Shown: positions 54,472 to 64,000 of the stretch, in pieces
How the letters are laid out: each line of letters begins with the position of its first letter
Numbering within the stretch: position 1 is the first letter of the stretch
Assembly: GCA_028534125.1 (NCBI GenBank)
Contig: CM052817.1
Span: forward strand, 82,400,001 to 82,464,000
Reading direction: 5' to 3'
Source of the DNA: Lama glama
Taxonomy: Eukaryota
DNA: 64,000 nucleotides
Notes under the pieces: model-generated
The model's database searches: none
The model's input: only the letters and a program-made list of their open reading frames with translations
What the model was told of the DNA's origin: nothing
Translations under genes and position numbers: made by a program

Positions 54472-54902
54472 CTTGTTTTAATTATTTCTTTGGCATATAT
54501 TTGGATACCTTCCAATTTGAACTACCAAAAATGATTTTTGCCTACATTAATGATCCATTCTATCCAAAAGTGATATTCAAAATATCGAACAACTAGTATG
54601 ACCTGGAAACAGATCGCTCAGAGCAAAACCCATCCAATCAGGAAAGAAATCATTTCCACAACGACTGTGGCCTTTCCATGGGAACCTGCTCAAAAGCAGG
54701 CCTGATTCTAACCCCCAAGATAATACAGTTATAAGGAGATGCAGACAGTGACTTTATATATGGAAGAAGGCTAGACAAAATGATATGCTTCTTTTGTTTC
54801 ATTTTATTTTTAGATACATAGTTTTTGAAATAAGGTATTAAGAAACAAGCAGCTCAATTTTTGCAGTTAACAGATACCCTATTTTCTGTTGGAAAATCTA
54901 TT
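54472..54902 (-). repeat. Right arm of ~430-bp inverted repeat
   Basis: Reverse complement of 51104-51532. Confidence 0.95.
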
Positions 54903-54959
54903 ATCGCTTGCATGGTGGTGGGGGGTAGGAGCTTCTAAATGAAGCAATCAAGCCAGATA

Positions 54960-56510
54960 ACTAAAATAGTTTAATAAGTACTCATCAACAAGGGAGACCC
55001 ACAGTTCATAAGTCCCACTTACATAGGCAGAGTTTCAAATCAGATTCAATTGCCCCATTTTAAAAGATAAGCAGAGAATCATAATCAAGAAGGGCCTCCA
55101 ATCTGAATATGAAATAAGTAAATCAAAAAAGGAGTCTGTAAGAAACATTCAAGACAGGAAGAAAAAGTTACTGTCATTAATATTCTCAGAGAGATAAAGA
55201 AAGAAATATATCCATGAAAGAAGACCAGGATGTAATAAAAAAAAGAGATAGCTGGGAACAAAAAAGAATTTCCAAAAATGTAAAATATACAGCAGAAATT
55301 GAGTGGAAAATAAAATTAAGGAAGCCTCTCATAAAGTAAACCAAAAAGACACTTTTATGGGTAACAGAAAAAAAAAAAAGAGAAATCAGAGGATCAGGTC
55401 TGGAGTCTCAACATCTGAGTAAAAAGAGTCCTTGCAAAAGAGAAAAAAGAAAAAAAGAATGAGAAAATAAACTGGTTCAAGAAATTATTCTTGGATTGAG
55501 AGGATTAGTTTCTTGACTGAATAGAACCACCAAATGCCTACAAGATAAGATCCTACAATTTCTGAACATCGAATGTCATCATCAATGACAACAGCTTGAT
55601 TTTCAGAGAGGAAAAATAATAGTTTTTATGTGAGAAATCACGCACCATAGTTGAAGCTATAAGACATTGGAAGTATACCTTAAAAGTGTTAAGGACCTTT
55701 TTTCCAACCTACTATTCTGGAACTATCAATTAAATGTGAATGTAGATGTTTTGCAATTCAAATGTAAAAAAAACTGTTTATTTCCCTGAACTTATTCTCA
55801 AAAGCTACTAGTGGATAGTCTTAAAAAGAAAATGAATAATTAACAACTAACTAATTAAAGCTACAGAGTTTGAATAAATTTTTTTTTTAAAAAAGGAAGA
55901 GTGAATCTGAAGGTGATAAAGAAAAAGACCTAGAGAGCAAACCTTCCTGACTGGAGCAAATCAGATATCGCTGGGAGCTCTATCTCCAGAAAAGATGACT
56001 TTTGTAGAACATCTGTTGCATTTGAATATATTTAGAAAAAAAATTTTATCACTAGAGGTAAATTGGGAATTGGTAATTAATATATATACTTGGTGATTAA
56101 TACATAGAAAACTAAACAGAGATAATTAGTAACTCCTGCAGGGGGTGGGGGGAGGGATTGTTCAAGAAAAAAAAACATTTATATTCTGTATGACTTAGAT
56201 GTGAATCATATCTACATAGCCATAATAATATAAATGCATATTATTGATCTAACCAGAACTATAACCATGTTTAGGAATGGACAGATGGAAAGTGTTTGTT
56301 GCATTTTGTGGGAAAGAGAGCTAAATCCTCAAGACATAGAAATAAATAACAAATGCAACAACTAACGTAGTTCAAAGTCATTGCCTCTGGGAAGCAGTAA
56401 ATGATGAGCGTTTTTTGAGGAGGGATTAGAAGAGTACTATTTTTCATCAAGAAACGTTTGACTCTTTTAACAACATATAAGTTTGAGCAAATTAAATATA
56501 ATTTTGATCA
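54960..56510 (+). mobile_element. Old HAL1/L1ME-like ORF1-region remnant
   Basis: A-rich degenerate ORF1-like stretch, then ctacatagccataataataaatgcatattattgatctaacc, recalled as HAL1-like. Confidence 0.5.
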
Positions 56511-58639
56511 AAATATGATCATTTAAAAAAGAGATTATATGAAGTGGAAAGATAAAATACAATTCTGTTCAAGAGAGGAAACAGCATTCTTGATTAAGAT
56601 ATGTGAAAAAGAACCAGACCGGCAGCAAAAGTAATTGTGAAGCACTGAATTGTACTTAATTCTATACGACCTATACAAGTGCATGCCTTTTTAGCCTTGT
56701 TTGTTCCTAAATTCCACTGAGACTGCTTGCAAATTACTTGCAATTCTCTCTCAATGCTCACCAGATGGAATGTTTATCATATACTCCATTCTTTTCTTTG
56801 ATCTGATAGAATACAGTTTACATTTAAATCTAATCCAATTTTATTAAAAAAATCTAATGTTAAAAAAATCACAAAATGCTAAGAGAACATTTACAGTATA
56901 ATAAAATGCATGATTATAAACACTGTTACAAATCACACCATACATAAAACCACTTTAACTTTTAACCAGATTATCATCTGGAAGTCAATGTACACATTTT
57001 GAGATCCAGAGCCATTGCTCCAGTGTTTTAAATTAAAATGGAATTGTTCCAGAAGGGGGAAAAAAAATACAAAAAACTCAAGAGCAGGAACACAAAGAAT
57101 AAGCAGAATAAACTTAAAAACCAACAAGACAAATTTAATGTGTTCTAGGAGAGTTGAAATCAAGTATCAGTGAATTATTTTAAAATCATAGTACTAAATG
57201 GTCAACACATTAATGTATTCATTTTGAAGCTTTCTTGCAGAAAGGATCAGATAAGAACTGTATGACAGTGTCCCAGAGAATGACATCACAAATAAGTATA
57301 TTCATTTTGCAGACTATTGGCCAAACAACAACATATTTGGCAGCATAAACAAGGAAAGGAAAAGGAGTATGCTTTTTAAACTTCTCCACAATACTCTTGT
57401 TAAACCCGGCTCATGACTTCAGATTATATACAGCCCAAGGTTAAAAGGGAAAAAGATCAAGTTGGACTCAGACTAAATTTGTGTTGAATTGGTAGAAGTA
57501 AAAGTTAGGAGTGCTAACAGTCAACATGACTGATTATAAAGAAAAGTTATTTTCCAAAATTTATTATTAGTTTTGTTTCTCAGGAAAAGATTTATTAATA
57601 AAATGGAAACAGTCTATTAAAGGTACTTAAACCCACACTGCAAAATAACTCACTCTATAAAGTAGAATAATGATTCATGTTTATACTTTCAAAGTTGTGT
57701 GTGTGTGTGTAAGTGTAGGGGGTAGCATTTTGTTCTTGGAAGTTTTTCATAATCTTTCCTCTTTCAAATACAGGTGTATCATGAAATGGAATTAATATTA
57801 AGTTCAGATATAAAAAATACAATGCTATATACCATATGCAACTGACTATAACCAAATCAAGGAATTTATTTTGGCGTCGGAGAGATTATCAAACACTTAG
57901 GAGCTTCTAGAAGTCTAGACACGCCAATCCATAACCAAGCACGGAGGCCTGACTCAGTGAAGATGCCTACCCAAGACACCTAGAGCAGTAAGACAAGTCT
58001 GAACCTGAGCACGTGCATTTCTTATTTATGAGATCATGAATGTTTTTATATCCTAATACAGGTCTTTACCAAAAATATTCTCCTTTTAGGTCTGTGGTTA
58101 ACACTTTCTTGATCCTCTCCTCTCAAAGATCTGGAAGGATATGAACTGTCTGTAGTGATATTCAAAGAGCCTAAACTCTAAATTTCACAGTGTCAGAGCG
58201 GTAAAATATGTCCACTGTTCGGTAAAACTTGAATAGGAAGATGTGGTTTGTTCAATTTTCCTGACTTAATGCCTAGTTACTGTTCTTTGAGACTGTCTTA
58301 CCTGTGGCAACTGTATGCCTTATTTCCCTCTGTGTGCCTGTGTGTGTGTGTTATTTAATTTAGATTAATTAAAACTATAGCATTAAGTTCAGTCACAAAA
58401 CTCTGTCACCCCTTACCTTATGAGCTTCACCTCTATTTCAGCAAAGCTTCAGACTCAAAGATGGATCAGTTCAGTCAAATAGTTCAGTCAAAAGACTAAG
58501 CAGATATGATTAAAGTAGGTAATTCCATGTGAATAATCAGGTTGCTGGCTCCTTCTAAGGTACGTTGTAAAATAGAAGACCCGTGCGTGAGGAGAAATCC
58601 ATAAATCTAGCAATATTTTTATATATTTTTGAAAGTATC

Positions 58640-58910
58640 AACTTTGGAGCCAGATAGATCTATGTTTATTACCAGTTTGGGAAATAATATTGACTCTGTG
58701 CTCCCTTATCTGTGAAATGGGATTGATAATGCAGAAGTTTTGTTTCTTTGTTTTTTAAGTGTGGCTTTCCAGGAGCCAATCTGCATCAGAATCATTATAA
58801 AACACACATTCATGGGCCCTACCTGAGATCCTGGTGGTGGGCATAGGATCTGCATTATTTGCCAATATTCTGGGTGATTTTTATGCTCCCTAAAACTGAA
58901 GGGTCATGAC
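58640..58910. mobile_element. MIR fragment followed by MER5-like hAT fragment
   Basis: ctctgtgctcccttatctgtgaaatggggattgataat; tgcatcagaatca...atctgcattattt...ggtgatttttatgc. Confidence 0.6.
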
Positions 58911-59039
58911 TGAACCTCAGGATTAGTGTTTAGACTGACATGAACAACCAAAATATTTAAGGCCCTGGCAGACTAAGCTAATTCTGAACCTGTTTTTAAT
59001 GGGGAAATCATGAATTCTACATGCAACCTTGTGGCAGTT

Positions 59040-59349
59040 TTTGTAGTATGGGAGGAGAGGGAGTCTCGTCAGGATGCTCCAGGGCCCCAGAGAGCAGCAG
59101 CCTGGTGTGGTGGGACAAGAAAGAGCTCTGGCTTTTAAATGCTGGCGCATTATCGCACTGAGCTCTAGAGCTCTCCTAAAGCCCAGCTCTGAACGTGTGT
59201 GGGTGGGCTGACATGAACATAACCTTGTGGGTTGTGTGGTTCGTGTGAGTGGACTTGCAGCAGGGAAGACAGAGGACAGCACTGTAACCACTGCCTTTAC
59301 CCTCAAGGTCATTCCTCCTCCTTGGACGCTCTATGACCACTAGGTGAGC
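59040..59349 (+). promoter_or_regulatory. Candidate promoter/first exon or enhancer
   Basis: Non-repeat GC-richer block with several CpGs, TTTTAAA at 59133-59139, RUNX motif TGTGGTT at 59235-59241, donor TAG|GTGAGC at 59343/59344. Confidence 0.35.
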
Positions 59350-59654
59350 ACTGCTTTTAAAAAACTTGAAAATGGCTACTAAATGCAGTAGAAAATTTGA
59401 GTTGATTGATCCACAAAAAGGAAAGCAAAACAAACAACACAACTGAAAAGAGGATCTGATCACTCAACAACAGCAAAGATAGAAATCTTGCCCTTCTTCT
59501 TTCACTGCAGTTATCAATTGCAGGCCAAAGCAATTCTATTAACGCATACATAATTAATTGAAACTGTATAACCATTATGTAAGACATCATGACTGACTTA
59601 AGGAAAAAACCAAAATAACACTATGAACAAAGTATTCCATACAAATGTTTCATT

Positions 59655-59722
59655 TGTTTTTGGTTTTGTTTTTGTTTTGGGTGTTTTTTGTTGTTTGTTT
59701 TGTTTTGTTTTGTTTTGTTTTT
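59655..59722 (+). repeat. (GTTTT)n low-complexity tract
   Basis: Read directly. Confidence 0.9.
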
Positions 59723-61121
59723 CAGCAAGATATTAGAATTAGACTCAAAAGTAATGGTTTGTCTTGTTCTGGATTGAGTAATTTGGCCAGGTAGAAATGC
59801 ATTTTTCTTAAGTATCTAACTATGAATGATAATATTCTGGCCCCACGTTTAAAATGGTGGTCCGAATGACTGTGGATTTTGTAAATAATTTATTTTCTAA
59901 TGTTCTTTACATGCAAAATGTGAATGTGTTCTAAGGCTGTGAAAAATGAATTAAAACTCATTATTCAAGAGAAATGTGCTTAAGGTTTAAGAATGATTAA
60001 AGGAAATATCTAATGGAAGGGAGGATGTGAAAGGTTTATCTTTTATTGTTCCCTAGACAATGCACACATAGGGATTTATAAATGAGAATTAAATTACACA
60101 TTAGAGGTTAGAAAGTACACGCTGCTCTCCCTTTCCTGGTTCACCATGGATTACAGTAGGTAGAACAAGCTCCTAGGAAACCTAGGCTACATTTGGAAAA
60201 CAAAACAAAACAAAACAAAAAGCCTGTATGTTTTGGAGCAGAAATGACCAGAGGCCTAGTGGTTTGAGCTTTGTCCTGTATTCAGCTTCAGTTTAAGGAT
60301 TTGTGAAACCAGATCTCTGAATTTCACATAGCTTAGCGGGGTTGGGTATGTGTGTTTTTTGTCCATATGCACACCATTTACATAAACAATCTTCTTATTC
60401 ACTGTACAGAGAGGCAGAGATAGGTGGTCCCTGTAGGCAAATCAGTTATATTTAATGGTTTGAGAACAAGGATGGGCAGGTAATCTTTACCCCAGGACTA
60501 AATCCCTAAAAGGAAGAGTGGGTAAGGCATTTCTGACAGGACTACTAGAATTAAATTTGGAAGAAAAATAGAGAAATGTACATAAGCCCCATTTTCATTG
60601 TTAAGCAGTTAAATAGAGCTGGATTTTAAAATGTAACCCCAAATAATATTAAAAATTAACTCTAGAAAAATTTAAAGAAACTCTTGTAGTTGTAAAATAA
60701 GCTTCATCAGAGAGGAGACAAATTTAAAATAAAAAGGGGAAAATAACATATAGTATATAATTTATTTTTTCAGCACTGCAAAGTTAGGAAAAAATCCTGA
60801 CAACAAAACTTGCACACTAAGAGCTAAACCCTTTTTAGAACATCAGTATTTAAAAATCCTAAACTCCCTGTGGAATATTTATTTTCTAGGACTTTATAGC
60901 CACTTGGTTTATGTATGGCAGGAACCAAAGGCTGATATTTATATTAGTTCAGTCTGTGAAACATTTTCGATAAGACTATTTCTGGTTTAGAGCTGGTTAG
61001 AATTGAAGTTGCCTGCAGCTCAGGTTTCATGTTAGGTCTGGCAATTTTTCCTTCATGTCATGAAAATTTTTCATCCTGAACACAATCACCTCACAAAATC
61101 ATCAGAGGGGAAAATGTTCAC

Positions 61122-61123
<2 letters not shown>

Positions 61124-61152
<29 letters not shown>
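61124..61152 (+). repeat. (CA)n microsatellite
   Basis: Read directly. Confidence 0.95.
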
Positions 61153-61155
<3 letters not shown>

Positions 61156-64000
61156 CCATTAAAAAAAAAAGAAACCAAACAAAAACCTAGGAATCTGTTG
61201 TGCTGTTTCCTCGTGCTTTCTCCAGGAATGTTGCCGGTGGTCTTCTGTACCTGCAGTCCTACAGACTGAATGAGACTGTGCTCTGAAGACCCTGCACATC
61301 AGTTCTCGGACAACCTTGTGACGTACACTACAGGAAACTGGTGACATTTTTGTTACTTTTTTGTTTTGTTTAAAATATTTTAATGGCACACACAAAACAG
61401 AAAATGCTTAATTTATCTTGCTTCATGATGAACATTAAACTCTTCTTAAACTTTATCTAAAACAGAAGAGTTGACAATCAGAATGCTGCTGTCACTGGAC
61501 AGGGTGAAAATACTGTAGGTATCAACATATCTTAGTAGATTTTTAGGCAGGGAAGAAACTTTAGAAAAGTTCTTCCCCCATGTCTCATTTTAGAGTTCAG
61601 TACACTGAGGCAAAGAGAAGTGAAACATCTATATTCATACCTCATGCTAGTGGCAAAGCTAGTTTCTAAAGCAGCCCAATGTCATTTTGCTTTCTCTTTT
61701 CACTTATGACAAATGTCAGAAAGTAATTATTATAGTTAAGATGTATATAGATAAGTTAAATAAAAATTTTGTATTTTCAAGTCACTGTATTTGGAAAATA
61801 TTTTTGGCAGATTTGAATCCCAAGTAGTCTCATAAATGGAAATATTTGTGAGATTTTATTTTACTTTACTAAAAACATTTTTATTTGAAAAAGAAAACCC
61901 TAAAATTCAACATTCACTACGCATCTTCTAAGGTAAGCATTGTGGGAAACATTGGGAACTGGAAAATGAAAAAGACATTGTTTTAGTCTCAAGAATAGTA
62001 TAATATCCTGTGGTAGTATATTATCTCTATATTGCACAGGTTATTAAAGGAGGAACATCCTTAAGAAAGAAGATCCATAAATAATTTGATAACTAATTGA
62101 ACTAAACAAAATAGTCTTCAGTTTACTACTTTGTATATTTTGCACAATGAAATCAACTTTTATTATCACAAAATTTGGGGAGTTTATTACCAGCACTGCA
62201 GATTAAGTCTAGTCTTTCTTGATCTCTTTGAAGATTGTAACAAGCAAATCATTTTGGATCCTCTTAGCAATGATAAAATGTACATTTCAAAAGGTAAAAT
62301 CATGACTCTCAGGCAAATATAAAACGAACATCTGTCAAAAATTTTACTTAACTCATTAATTAATCAATCAGTAGAATGTTGAAACCAGGCAAAGAACATT
62401 TGAAAAATGAAGTACGAGCAATTAAATAAAGGAACGTCAGGGCAAGGATGTTAAATACAAAACTGGTTAGTGTCCATGCAGGGAAATAAACCATACCCTT
62501 TGAGGTTAATTTTTCCACAGGACAGAAACTATTTGTATAACCATCAAAAGAAGAATATGCAAATTGACCTCTGTCCCTAAAGATTTGTAAAATAGCTCAA
62601 TCAATAGAAAATCAATCAAAAATGCAAGTCCAGCACATTACTGAAAGAACACTCAGTAATCTCTTTTGCCTATTTTGAAGTTTTAGAAATCTTCTCATCC
62701 CAGCAAGCTTTATATATTGAGGCAGTATACTTCTGTACTAGAACCCCAAATAATTTATTTTTTCTACCTTTCACATCACTCACTTGCAGAATCTATTTGA
62801 CTTCAGTCTTGCTGTATATCTTTAAGTAAGCCCAATTAGCCAGCTGCCCAACTTCTGTCACGGAATATTAAAAAAAGAAAATTTCTGAGTAGCAGACTTT
62901 GCTATATTCATTTGGAGAACAAAACTTTATAAATTTCCTACTATATGGAATAGATTCCATTTAAAGTTTAATTATATTTCTGTTTGAGGTTCAGAAAATG
63001 TAAGGTACCACCATACATCAATGGGTATGTGGGAATTTAAATTTAGCAGTTGACGGTTAAACACATTGAAAAGGAGGAAAATAGGGATTTCCGAGGCAGT
63101 TAATCTAGAGTGTTCCTGGACAACATAATCAGCCTGTTAAACCCCTCAAAAGCAGCGCTTTTGGAAATTTCTTTGCTTTGAGGCTTTGCCTCAGGAGATC
63201 TAATAATTTTCTTGTTTTTGTAAGACAGGGATAGAGCGGCATACAGTTGCTATTATTGTACCAGTTTCCATTTTCTCTTATCCATTGCCGCATAAGTGAC
63301 AATAAGAGAAAAGAAGTTCAACTAACCCAGTTAGGGGAAATGGAAACTGATTTCTAAGTTCAGAGTATAGGTGAGAAGAAAATTCTGAATATGTGAAGTA
63401 ACAGAACTTCATGCTGCATGATAGAATTAAAATTCATCATTAAGAGGTCAGTAAGATTACACATGAGAGCCTCTGTACAGTCTACTTCACATATGATTTG
63501 AAAAGAATATATGACTTAAAAAAAAAAACACAAGCTACCCAGTAAGAACACAGCTATGCATCAGCTCCTCTTCGACTGTGTTACCTTGTCAAACGCACTG
63601 ATGTTGAAGTGCAGTCCTATTGAGAAATTTTGACTGATGCCCTACACAGTGAGGATAATGTCTTCAAAGTAAACTGTACTGCAGCATTTCTTTTGCATCG
63701 TCTTTGACTCATTATGTCTTTAAAAAGTTAACTAAATTTGGCTGTCTAATAAGGATAGTTTTTAGCAAAGAACAAAAATGCCTAGTGGTTGCACCTAGTC
63801 TTAAATTAACATCAACCTCAAAAACTGTGGAATACTTTTCCTAAACAATACTTACCTCCAAGTTTTATTTTAATGTTTCTCATTATTTAATAGTAGAATA
63901 AGCTATTTAGTTTTTTTTCCAGAAGTGTAACCCATATATTGCATTGTTCCTATGGGGAATTAGGCTTTGAATAATGGTTTTGAGTAAAGCTCATATCACC

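Noticed and set aside
51104..54902. DNA transposon with long terminal inverted repeats
   Set aside because: No flanking TSD and no transposase remnant seen in the spacer; kept only as an inverted duplication
59255..59285. REST/RE1 site
   Set aside because: Only the GGACAGCAC half resembles the motif; the CAGCACC half is missing at the right spacing
1..64000. Short ORFs (60-156 aa) in the six-frame track as genes
   Set aside because: Apart from L1 ORF1/ORF2 remnants they are low-complexity, lie in or antisense to repeats, and show no recognisable domain

Overview
AT-rich, CpG-depleted mammalian non-coding DNA (a large intron or gene desert). The tRNA-derived SINEs point to a camelid genome (camel/alpaca type); this is an inference from recalled repeat consensus. 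No intact protein-coding gene is supported. The only ORF-track entries with recognisable homology are decayed LINE-1 ORF1/ORF2 pieces. Much of the window is interspersed repeat: L1 of several ages, HAL1-like, L2, MIR, MaLR/ERV LTRs, a decayed ERVL-type gag-pol body, and SINEs. The most unusual structures are: (1) a ~430-bp, ~90%-identical inverted repeat of apparently unique sequence around a 2.9-kb spacer, next to a hairpin-rich, conserved-looking block; (2) two L1 copies that keep the 5'UTR and ORF1 but lack ORF2, each bracketed by a candidate target-site duplication, one with an apparent LTR-initiated 5' extension and one with a chimeric 3' extension; (3) a perfect 50-bp templated copy inside old L1; (4) a candidate + strand promoter/first exon that could splice into a 23-codon ORF. 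Repeat family names come from memory of consensus sequences, not from a search, and most repeat boundaries are approximate.
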